NCBI GenBank assembly: GCA_046484425.1
Contig: JAWOIY010000227.1
Coordinates: forward strand, 9,725-73,724
DNA length: 64,000 nucleotides
Direction: 5' to 3'
Origin: Desulfobacterales bacterium
GTDB lineage: Bacteria > Desulfobacterota > Desulfobacteria > Desulfobacterales > UBA11574
This document shows, in pieces, positions 39,685 to 48,120 of this stretch. Both the position numbers and the translations under genes were made by a program. The number at the start of each line of letters is the position of its first letter. The first letter of the stretch is position 1. The notes under the pieces were generated by a model that searched no databases, had not been told where the DNA came from, and saw only the letters and a program-made list of their open reading frames with translations.

Positions 39685-39770
39685 GGACACAGATAAACAC
39701 AGATCGCCAAAATTTTGGATTTAAAAAAAGAGATAATATTATCTGTGTAAATCTGCGAAAATCAGTGTCC
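39685..39770. repeat. hairpin element E2 (same word family as E1)
   Basis: ggacacagataaacacagatcgcc pairs with atctgtgtaaatctgcgaaaatcagtgtcc. Confidence 0.7.
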
Positions 39771-39784
39771 TATTTCTTGAACAA

Positions 39785-40981
39785 TTAAAAATAGACCAAT
39801 TCCTTGCTGTAGAGAAATGCCCCGTCCCGTTCGATGTAATCATTGCCTTTTCGTTCTAAGATCCACCCGCTCTCATTTTTTCCGCCAAAGGGAAGCCGCA
39901 ACGGTGTAAACGTAAAATCCGGATTGTCATGCACCATACCGAAATGTGAATAAAAACGTGCTTTGACCTGTTCCGGGGGCGATCCGAAAAAGGCCAGCAG
40001 AAATCCATAGCGGGTTTGAATCAGCTCCGATGCTGCTTCGATCGGATCATCAAACGGCTTTAATAGAAGAAACGGGCCAAAGAGTTCAAGATCCGGCGGG
40101 ATGTGGGTGCTTTCCGCTTCGAGGATCAGCGGGTACACCATTTCTCCATCGATGCCGCCGGTGATGAGGTTCGACGGCCGGCACTTTTCAAGGGCATTTT
40201 CAACAATTTTTCGGGTTCGTTCCACTTTGATCGGCCCGATTTCGGTACCCGGATCAAACGGATCTCCCACTTTCATGTTTTGAGCGGTGTCCAATATTTT
40301 CTTTCGAATGGTTTCATAGAGACTGTTGTGGACATAGACTTTTTTAAGAGTGGTGCAGTACTGGCCGCCATTGATAAACGCCCGCCGGGCAATGAATCGG
40401 CCTGCCGCCTGGACATCGGCATCTTCGAACACAATGGCCGCCGGCATTCCGCCTGGTCCGGCAAAAAAGAGTTTGTCAAAAGACCGATGGTTCTTCCGGT
40501 AGACCTCTCCAACCGCCGAAGCCCCTGAAATAAATAAGACCCGGACATCGCCGTCTTCGACACAGCGTTTGCCGAATTCTCGATTGTCCAGACCGATCAT
40601 CGGTTCAACGGTTTCAAAGGGTTCGCAAATTTCAGCCAAAATCAAAGCGGTTTTCGGTGTCTGGGAAGAGACGCTGAATCGAAGCCGGTTTCCGGTCAAA
40701 AGGGCTGATCCTCCCATCCGTGCGAGCACCACAGCCGGTGCATCATAGGCAAATATGGTGGCCACCGTGCCGTAGGGTCGCCCGCTGGAGACCCAGGGGA
40801 TTTCTTCTTTCATGGTCCGTAAATAGTCCACCGCCAAATCCACCTCGATGCCGGTGATTTTTACGGGAAACCCGGCGTCTAAAGCAGCTGTTTCCTGCAA
40901 ATTCGACTTCCGTCGTTCAAGGGCTTCAGCCAGCCGCTCGATTTCTTCGAGTCTTGCGTTAAATTCTTGGTTCCGAGTCAT
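39785..40981 (-). CDS. aldehyde dehydrogenase superfamily protein, short divergent form
   Basis: Catalytic-Cys motif FINGGQYCTT, FISGASAVGE, and C-terminal PFGGKNESG. Only 398 aa. Confidence 0.8.
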   Translation of the reverse strand: MTRNQEFNARLEEIERLAEALERRKSNLQETAALDAGFPVKITGIEVDLAVDYLRTMKEEIPWVSSGRPYGTVATIFAYDAPAVVLARMGGSALLTGNRLRFSVSSQTPKTALILAEICEPFETVEPMIGLDNREFGKRCVEDGDVRVLFISGASAVGEVYRKNHRSFDKLFFAGPGGMPAAIVFEDADVQAAGRFIARRAFINGGQYCTTLKKVYVHNSLYETIRKKILDTAQNMKVGDPFDPGTEIGPIKVERTRKIVENALEKCRPSNLITGGIDGEMVYPLILEAESTHIPPDLELFGPFLLLKPFDDPIEAASELIQTRYGFLLAFFGSPPEQVKARFYSHFGMVHDNPDFTFTPLRLPFGGKNESGWILERKGNDYIERDGAFLYSKELVYF

Positions 40982-41260
40982 ACACCTCTCCGTTCTAAAA
41001 CGATCTATTCGTCATTATCCCAAAAATGCCTGTTCCAAAGGGTTCAAGGCATTCTTGACTTTTGTTCGATCAAAGATCTATTATCATAATGGGCAATTTG
41101 CTGCAATGTTGAAGTTGTCGATATAGACTATAAAATGTTCCGGACGCAATCCGTGTTCCTTGAGCTGTTTTTTGGAAGGTAAACCAACGGTTGAGTTTTG
41201 TTTATCCTCAAGTCTGTGGGCGGTTGTCGGGAAACGACCAAAGAAAGGAGGAAGAAAGCC

Positions 41261-41698
41261 ATGCATATTATAGAACAAATCCTGCAGAAAAAGGGATCCG
41301 ATATCTGGTCTGTTGCTCCAGAGGCAACGGCGTACAATGCATTACAGGTAATGGCAGAGAAGAATGTGGGGGCGTTGCTTGTCATCGATAAAGGGAAGGT
41401 GGCTGGAATCTTCTCCGAACGCGATTACGCCCGTAAAGTTATCCTGAAAGACAAGTCTTCTAAAAATACGTCTGTCGGCGAATTGATGACACGGGAGGTA
41501 TTTTATATCGATGCCGGTTCTACGCTCGAAGAGAGTATGGCATTGATGACAGCCAAACATATACGCCATTTACCTGTTTTAAAAAATAACCGATTGATTG
41601 GTATCGTGACCCTTGGGGATGTGGTCAAACAGCTTATCTCGGATCAACAATTCGCTATTCGGGAACTTGAGAAGTATATCACCGGCGGTTACGACTGA
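41261..41698 (+). CDS. CBS domain pair protein
   Basis: Two CBS repeats. ATG at 41261 is preceded by AGGAGG, and the upstream part of the track ORF has no support. Confidence 0.85.
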   Translation: MHIIEQILQKKGSDIWSVAPEATAYNALQVMAEKNVGALLVIDKGKVAGIFSERDYARKVILKDKSSKNTSVGELMTREVFYIDAGSTLEESMALMTAKHIRHLPVLKNNRLIGIVTLGDVVKQLISDQQFAIRELEKYITGGYD

Positions 41699-41747
41699 TC
41701 GTCAGGGGCAGGCAAAAAGGATACGCTTTTATCCGATATGGAATGAT

Positions 41748-42365
41748 TTATAAGTTTGAAAGCGCCAGAAGGTCTTGTTCCTTTTTTATTGCGGTCGTTT
41801 CCATGTTTTGAACCTGTGCTGAAAGTCCGGCTACAAATGATGCGTCTTTTATGGATTTCAAATTTATTTTTATATTGTATAGCGCACCCAAAACGGCGGT
41901 TCTGGCCATCACGACAGCCACAAGCCCGTCGGTGACGGCATTGGGGTTGCCTTTTTGCAGCACGATTTCTGCAAGAAACATGACCTTGAGTGCTTCGGAC
42001 GCAACCGACAGGGGGACTTCGGCGGCGTGCTTCAATGCATCCTGGATGGCCAAAGTTCTGGTTTTTGCTTCAGCCGCCGTACGCTTTGGCATCTTAAAGG
42101 ATGAGATCACCCGGCTATATGCCTGGGAATCCAGATCGATGCATTCGGATAGTTTTTTCCGGAGCGCAGCGGCCTTGACTGAGACCTCCTTCATTTGGGC
42201 TTTATCCGTTTCCGGCCCTTTTCGGTCGCCGGATAAATTGGCAACCATTTCTACGAGGCCTGCGGCAGAAGCTCCGGCCAGAGCCGATATGCTGCCGCCG
42301 CCGGGCACAGGATTACTCGAGGCTGTCCTGTCCAAAAACGCACTCACTTTCATTTCGGTCAACAC
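41748..42365 (-). CDS. cyclodeaminase/cyclohydrolase family protein (FtcD C-terminal-like)
   Basis: FLDRTASSNPVPGGGSISALAGASAAGLVEMV motif. GTG start at 42365 has a GGGGGA RBS at 6 nt, and an ATG alternative exists at 42353. Confidence 0.85.
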   Translation of the reverse strand: MLTEMKVSAFLDRTASSNPVPGGGSISALAGASAAGLVEMVANLSGDRKGPETDKAQMKEVSVKAAALRKKLSECIDLDSQAYSRVISSFKMPKRTAAEAKTRTLAIQDALKHAAEVPLSVASEALKVMFLAEIVLQKGNPNAVTDGLVAVVMARTAVLGALYNIKINLKSIKDASFVAGLSAQVQNMETTAIKKEQDLLALSNL

Positions 42366-42451
42366 AATGTTTCCCCCTAATTTGACGTCTCGGAAATGCT
42401 ACAACTTCTTTAAATTACAATTTTATTAATGGCGACCTTGTTATTTCATCA

Positions 42452-42566
42452 GAATGGAAGAATGGAATGCTGGAATGTTGGATTATTGGGGATAAAGACG
42501 GATAAAACATTATAATTGTAAAAAACTCCTTCAAACCCATTATTCCATTATTCCACTATTCCAATT
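42452..42566. repeat. hairpin element with ggaatg-word octamer arms
   Basis: gaatggaagaatggaatgctggaatgttggattattgggg pairs with cccattattccattattccactattccaatt. Lies between the hutU stop and the cyclodeaminase start. Confidence 0.7.
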
Positions 42567-42632
42567 GAGGCGAAGCCTTTAACCTGTCTTGAAACTGTTT
42601 CAAAATCTATTTTCAGTATGGATCGAGTCCCG

Positions 42633-44669
42633 CTAACGCTTATCCAATGCATCCGATACAAGCTTTTCGATCATGGTTTCGTCAGGAATAAACGGAAGCG
42701 TAATATGATTTTTTTCAGGGTGATCCAGATTGTAGGCAATGCCGGTTTCAATGGCATTTTCATTTCTGGCCCAGGCTCTTCGAGCAACTCCACCCATGAC
42801 GTCCCAGGGGATGGCCCGCCGGATAATATCATCCACACGTTCGCTCCCGTCCAGAACCAAACCGAACCCGCCGTTGACGGCCTTCCCGATACCCACGCCA
42901 CCACCGTTGTGCAGTGCGATCATGCTCATGCCCCTTGAGGCATTTCCGGCAAAGCACTGGATCGCCATTTCTGCCATGATATTGCTGCCGTCTTTGATAT
43001 CGGCTGTTTCTCTGAAAGGAGAGTCTGTTCCGCCCGCGTCATGATGATCCCGGCCAAGCATGACGAGGCCGATTTCACCTTCGCGGACCATTTCATTAAA
43101 TTTCAAGGCAATGTTCATTCTGCCGATGGCGTCCTGGTAAAGGATTCTGGACTGGGTCCCGACAACGAGACGGTGTTTCTTTGCATCCCGGATCCAGATA
43201 TAGTTGTCTCTGTCCTGAAGGCGCTGTTCGGGATCAATGCACGACATGGCCGCGCAATCGGTCTTGTCGAGGTCTTCGGACCTGTTGCTGAGACAAACCC
43301 ATCGGAAGGGGCCATAACCATAGTCGAACATCATCGGGCCCATAATATCTTCGACGTAGGACGGGAAAATAAATCCGTCCATTGGATCCTTGCCGTTCTT
43401 GCATATTTCAGTGACACCTGCGTCATAGACGGCTTTCATAAAGCTGTTTCCATAGTCAAAGAAGTAGGTGCCGCGATCCACAAGGGTCTTAATGAGCGCG
43501 TAATGACGATTCAGAGAAGCGTCAACCATCTTCACAAATCCGGCATGATCGGTTATGAGCATTTCAGTGCGTTTCTCGAATGTCAGCCCCTGAGGGCAGT
43601 AGCCCCCGTCGTACACCGCATGACAGGACGTCTGGTCGGAAAGGAGATCGATGTGGATATCGTTTTTCACCGCATGTTCGAGCAGATCGACGATATTACC
43701 GTAATATGCGATGGCGACACTTCTTTTTTTCTCCTGATATTCTCTTGCCAAAAGGAAGGCTTCGGCGGGTGAATCAACCATCTTGCCGATCCAACCCTGA
43801 TCGTACCGGGTCCGGATCCTTGAAACATCGACTTCTGCAATAATTCCCACCCCCCGAGCAATCTCCACCGATTTTCCCTGAGCTCCGCTCATGCCCCCTA
43901 AGCCTGAAGATACAAAAAGATGATCGGACAGATCGCCGGCGGACATGCCGAATGTCCTGCGAGCGGCGTTCAAAATCGTACTGTAAGTGCCGTGAACGAT
44001 GCCCTGGGGACCGATGTACATCCATCCGCCGGCGGTCATCTGTCCGTAGTTGGCCACCCCCAGTGCCGCTGCCCTGTGCCAGTTTTCCTGGTCGTCAAAC
44101 ATCCCTACCATAAGCGCATTGGTTATAATAACGCGTGGCGCTTCGGGGCCGGAAGCAAAAAGACCTACCGGGTGACCGGAGGCAACCACCAGGGTTTGTT
44201 CCCGCGTGAGTTCTTCCAGATACCGTCTGATCAATAGATACTGCATCCAATTCTGGCAGACCTGACCGGTTTCGCCATAGGTGACCAGTTCATAGGGGTA
44301 TAGCGCAATATCAAAATCCAAGTTGTTGTCTATCATTACCTGAAAGGCTCGGCCTTCAATACATCGGCCTTTGTATCGGTCGATGGGAAGTCCTTTGATC
44401 TTGCCGGCGGGTCTGAAGCGGTAGCCATAAATCCTTCCGCGTATCAGTAATTCATTTAGAAATTCAGGGGCCAAAGCGTCGTGCCAGTTTTCCGGAATGT
44501 ATCTGAGGGCATTTTTTAACGCCAGGATCGTATCACTTTTTGAGAGAGAGAAATGTCTCATGGGGGCTCTGCGAATGCCGGCAACAAATTCCGGGATATC
44601 GGGCAGTTCATCAAAGATATTTTCAAGCTTAATTGTCATTGCATTTGATGCGTTGTTATTATGACGCAT
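42633..44669 (-). CDS. hutU: urocanate hydratase, long (UROC1-like) form
   Basis: GHPVGLF, GGMSGAQ and GGWMYIGPQGIVHGT motifs, with an N-terminal extension containing ALKNALRYIP. ATG at 44669 with AGAGG RBS gives 678 aa. Confidence 0.9.
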   Translation of the reverse strand: MRHNNNASNAMTIKLENIFDELPDIPEFVAGIRRAPMRHFSLSKSDTILALKNALRYIPENWHDALAPEFLNELLIRGRIYGYRFRPAGKIKGLPIDRYKGRCIEGRAFQVMIDNNLDFDIALYPYELVTYGETGQVCQNWMQYLLIRRYLEELTREQTLVVASGHPVGLFASGPEAPRVIITNALMVGMFDDQENWHRAAALGVANYGQMTAGGWMYIGPQGIVHGTYSTILNAARRTFGMSAGDLSDHLFVSSGLGGMSGAQGKSVEIARGVGIIAEVDVSRIRTRYDQGWIGKMVDSPAEAFLLAREYQEKKRSVAIAYYGNIVDLLEHAVKNDIHIDLLSDQTSCHAVYDGGYCPQGLTFEKRTEMLITDHAGFVKMVDASLNRHYALIKTLVDRGTYFFDYGNSFMKAVYDAGVTEICKNGKDPMDGFIFPSYVEDIMGPMMFDYGYGPFRWVCLSNRSEDLDKTDCAAMSCIDPEQRLQDRDNYIWIRDAKKHRLVVGTQSRILYQDAIGRMNIALKFNEMVREGEIGLVMLGRDHHDAGGTDSPFRETADIKDGSNIMAEMAIQCFAGNASRGMSMIALHNGGGVGIGKAVNGGFGLVLDGSERVDDIIRRAIPWDVMGGVARRAWARNENAIETGIAYNLDHPEKNHITLPFIPDETMIEKLVSDALDKR

Positions 44670-44897
44670 TTTTGTACCTCTTTTAAAGAAAGATGGACTA
44701 ATCAACGGGTGCCGAATGAATGCTGAATATACCACAATTTTCGATCAAACGACAGTTCAAACAGGGTTGCCCTGGATATTCGTAAAACATATTCGCATAC
44801 CCGAAAGTTCATCAGGCTTTATCCTTGACACACGGTCCGGATATTTGTGATAATTTTACCAATGAGACATTAAAAAAAGATTACGGGGAAAAAGAAA

Positions 44898-45164
44898 ATG
44901 GAACTAGATCAAATAATGGAAGAATACGGTTTTAAAGTATCATCAAGCTGTAGCGGTTTCGAGTGGTATGTCAAAAAGATTCAGTATAAAGGCAATGATG
45001 CCTTTGTCACCATCACGGCAGATGATGAACTTCATCTGCCTGATTCCGTGGATGAGCCTGTTCTTGTCAGTATCTCAGACATGAATTCCGGCGATGAACT
45101 TAAATCGCCTCAGCGTTTTGAGTCCCTGAAATCTTATCTGGATACACTTAATACGCCGGCCTAA
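44898..45164 (+). CDS. hypothetical protein
   Basis: 88-aa ORF preceded by GGGGAAAAAG. No family recognised. Confidence 0.5.
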   Translation: MELDQIMEEYGFKVSSSCSGFEWYVKKIQYKGNDAFVTITADDELHLPDSVDEPVLVSISDMNSGDELKSPQRFESLKSYLDTLNTPA

Positions 45165-45614
45165 ATTTTTCCTGAACGGTATTGCAGACCGGGCAGTTTG
45201 CGGGAATATCGTTTGAGACAAGCTATCCGCAGATCCGGCAGACATCATAGTTTGTTGAATCGCCGGTGTTTCTTTAACTTCAATTTCGGTTTAAGTACTT
45301 CTTCTAAAAGTATTCGGTGAATTTTTTCCACTTTTTAAACCAGAACAGAAATGGCGATCTGTCAAAGATGCAAAGAAAAATTCCCCTAATGCGTATTCAT
45401 GAAATGAAAGACAAATTTTCAGACACCCAATACAGGGTCGACGAAAGTGCGTACCCTCATGAACTCTGAGATAAAAGACCCTTTATGTACTTTTTTTTGC
45501 CAAATCCTTAAATAGCGGGCTTTTACCTATTGACTTTCTGATTTTGTTGCTGTAACCCGTATTAAAGTAAGGAAAAAGAGGATGGATGAACAATCAAAAA
45601 AAAGGAGGGCGCAT

Positions 45615-45887
45615 ATGACGAAAGCAGAATTGGTCGAAAAGATGGCAGCAGATGCAAAAATATCTAAATCTGCGGCTGGAGCATCACTGGAATCTTTTAT
45701 GGCAAATGTGACCAAAGCGTTGAAGAAAAAAGACGGCAAGGTCACATTGGTCGGATTCGGTACATTTGCAAAAGTTAAAAGAAAGGCCCGAAAAGGGCGA
45801 AACCCTCAGACCGGCGAGCCCATTAAGATCAAAGCAAGGAATGTCGTTACGTTTAAGGCAGGGAAGAAACTCAAAGACTCGATTTAA
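45615..45887 (+). CDS. HU family DNA-binding protein
   Basis: MTKAELVEKMA...GFGTF...GRNPQTGE...FKAGKKLK. ATG at 45615 follows AAGGAGGG. Confidence 0.92.
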   Translation: MTKAELVEKMAADAKISKSAAGASLESFMANVTKALKKKDGKVTLVGFGTFAKVKRKARKGRNPQTGEPIKIKARNVVTFKAGKKLKDSI

Positions 45888-45911
45888 GGTTGTTTGTTAA
45901 AATTGATAAAA

Positions 45912-45956
45912 GGCGGTTTAAATCGGCTTTTCATAAAGTTGATTGGCCGCTTTTTT
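45912..45956 (+). terminator. putative terminator after the HU gene
   Basis: ggcggtttaaatc ... gattggccgc followed by tttttt. Confidence 0.45.
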
Positions 45957-46067
45957 ATTTGGTGCCGGATGAAAATGCTGCTGTGGTCAAGGTTTAGACC
46001 CCGTATTCTCCTTGACAAGAAACACCGTTTTAACTAAAATCCGCTTGAATTTTAAATAAAATAAACA

Positions 46068-46256
46068 TTGATGGTGTCGTAAAAAGTCGATATTGCTCGC
46101 TCCGTGACCATTTGGGGGCGTTTCCATCGGTGCCGCTAAATTTCAAAAACTCGGCGCAAGCGCCGCAAACAGTTTGAAATTTTTAACGCTTCACCGCATG
46201 AAACGCTGATTCCCCAAATGCTCAAATGTCGCTCACAAAAGACTTTTTATGAGTTT
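46068..46256. repeat. family A copy A2 (inverted relative to A1)
   Basis: See A1. Lies 34 nt upstream of the sat-like/cysC start codon. Confidence 0.85.
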
Positions 46257-46289
46257 GCCAACATTAAACAGGTGATCGGAAGCTTTTGA

Positions 46290-48005
46290 ATGAAAAATAC
46301 ATCAACAGTCGGATATCACGGCGGTTCGGCAATACAATTGATCGTGAATGAAGAACGGGCGACCATGCTCAAAAATATCGCTCTGAACCTTCCGGACATT
46401 ACCCTTAACGACCGGCAACTGTGTGATCTCGAACTCCTGGCTACAGGTGTTTTTTCTCCCCTTGACGGTTTTATGACCCGACCTGACTACGAGGCTGTGC
46501 TCGATCGCATGCGGCTTCAAAGTGGCGTGCTTTGGCCCATACCGGTGTGTCTGAGCATTTCCGATACCAAGGCCCGAACCCTGGAAGCCGGTCAATCGCT
46601 TGCTTTAAGAGATCACGAAGGGTTCCTGCTCGCTATCATGCATATTGAAGATATGTGGTCCGTGAACCGGGAGAAAGAGGCTTTGCTGGTTTATGGCACA
46701 ACCAATACAACCCACCAGGGCGTTCAGTATCTATACAATACGGAAGGTGATTATTACATCGGGGGCAAAGTTGAAGTCCTGAGCACCCCCCTTCACTTTG
46801 ACTTCAAACAGCTCCGCATGACGCCCCAAGAGACTCGGAGTGTTTATCAAAAACTAAAATGGCAAAGGGTTGTAGGATTTCAGACTCGGAACCCCATCCA
46901 GCGCCTTCAGTTTGAGATGACGGTGAAAGCCATGCGCCAAGCCAAGGCCAATCTTCTACTTCTTCCTGTTACCGGTATGACAAAACCCGGAGATTTTGAC
47001 CACTACACGAGGGTCCGATGCTATCGGGCGGTAACTCGCCATTATCCGCCGGATTCTTTTGTACTGAACCTGCTCCCACTTTCCATGCGTCTGGCCGGCC
47101 CGAGAGAAGCGATTTTACACGCCATTATCGCTAAAAACTTTGGCTGTACTCACTTTATTGTCGGAAGGGACCACGCCAGTCCTGGAACAGATGCCGCCGG
47201 AAATTCTTTCTACGACAGCGGTTCGGCTCAAAGAATGGCCGAGCAATACAGCAAGGAGATCGGAGTGGCGATTATTCCTTTTGAAGAACTTGTCTATTTA
47301 CCCTTTGAGGATGAGTTTCGCTCATCAGATCACATACCCGAGGGAGAGCAGTATATTTCTTTTTCTAGCTCCCATATTCGCGAACGAATCAGAACAGGAC
47401 GGAAAATACCGGAGTGGGCAACGTTTCCGGAAGTTGTGGCCGAACTGAAAAAAGCTTATCCATCCCCGGAAAAACAGGGTTTTACAATATTTTTGACAGG
47501 TCTTTCAGGTGCAGGGAAATCGACCATAGCAAAGGTGCTGTATGCACGTTTTCTTGAAATGGGTGATCGACCGGTAACCTTGCTGGACGGCGATATTGTT
47601 CGACGAAATCTCTCAAGCCGGCTTAGCTTTTCCAAGGAAGACAGAGATATTAATGTGCGGCGCATCGGCTTTGTGGCCGGTGAGATTACCAAGAATCGCG
47701 GCATTGCCATCTGCGCACCTATCGCACCATACAATGCAACCCGGACGGAAATCAGGAAAAGCATCGAAAACTACGGTGGATTTTTCGAAGTGCATGTATC
47801 TACTCCGATAGAGGTTTGTGAGACCAGGGACCGAAAGGGGATGTATGCCAAGGCTCGTGCCGGGCTGATCAAGGGGTTTACCGGGGTTGATGATCCCTAC
47901 GAGATACCGGAATCACCGGAGGTGAAAATCGATACAGCCGATCTTACACCCGATGAAGCCGCCCAGGAGATATTGCTGTTGCTGGGTCAGAAGGGGTATA
48001 TTTAG
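46290..48005 (+). CDS. ATP-sulfurylase-like domain fused to adenylyl-sulfate (APS) kinase
   Basis: The N-terminal about 390 aa are ATP-sulfurylase-like (GFQTRNP, FIVGRDHASPG, TKPGD). The C-terminal APS kinase has P-loop LTGLSGAGKST, LDGD and FSKEDRDINVRR. Confidence 0.9.
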   Translation: MKNTSTVGYHGGSAIQLIVNEERATMLKNIALNLPDITLNDRQLCDLELLATGVFSPLDGFMTRPDYEAVLDRMRLQSGVLWPIPVCLSISDTKARTLEAGQSLALRDHEGFLLAIMHIEDMWSVNREKEALLVYGTTNTTHQGVQYLYNTEGDYYIGGKVEVLSTPLHFDFKQLRMTPQETRSVYQKLKWQRVVGFQTRNPIQRLQFEMTVKAMRQAKANLLLLPVTGMTKPGDFDHYTRVRCYRAVTRHYPPDSFVLNLLPLSMRLAGPREAILHAIIAKNFGCTHFIVGRDHASPGTDAAGNSFYDSGSAQRMAEQYSKEIGVAIIPFEELVYLPFEDEFRSSDHIPEGEQYISFSSSHIRERIRTGRKIPEWATFPEVVAELKKAYPSPEKQGFTIFLTGLSGAGKSTIAKVLYARFLEMGDRPVTLLDGDIVRRNLSSRLSFSKEDRDINVRRIGFVAGEITKNRGIAICAPIAPYNATRTEIRKSIENYGGFFEVHVSTPIEVCETRDRKGMYAKARAGLIKGFTGVDDPYEIPESPEVKIDTADLTPDEAAQEILLLLGQKGYI

Positions 48006-48020
48006 AATAACCCGGGTTGA

Positions 48021-48108
48021 GCGGTTTAAGGTTCACGGTTCCGGGTTGAAAATCCTTCTCAATATTACAACCCTTGAACTTTGAACCCTGAAACTGGGAC
48101 CGAACCTA
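48021..48108. repeat. hairpin element with GGTTCA-type heptamer arms
   Basis: cccgggttgagcggtttaaggttcacggttccgggttg pairs with caacccttgaactttgaaccctgaaactggg. Lies between sat-like/cysC and cysQ. Confidence 0.7.
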
Positions 48109-48120
48109 ACCAGAGGTGCA

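Noticed and set aside
38497-39770. The idea that nagZ is an integron-type cassette, with E1/E2 as attC-like sites (E1 contains GTTAAAT, which resembles the GTTRRRY core).
   Set aside because: There is no intI, attI or cassette array. The flanking genes are housekeeping. The same hairpin architecture occurs at many unrelated loci, and the single core-like heptamer is easily explained by chance.
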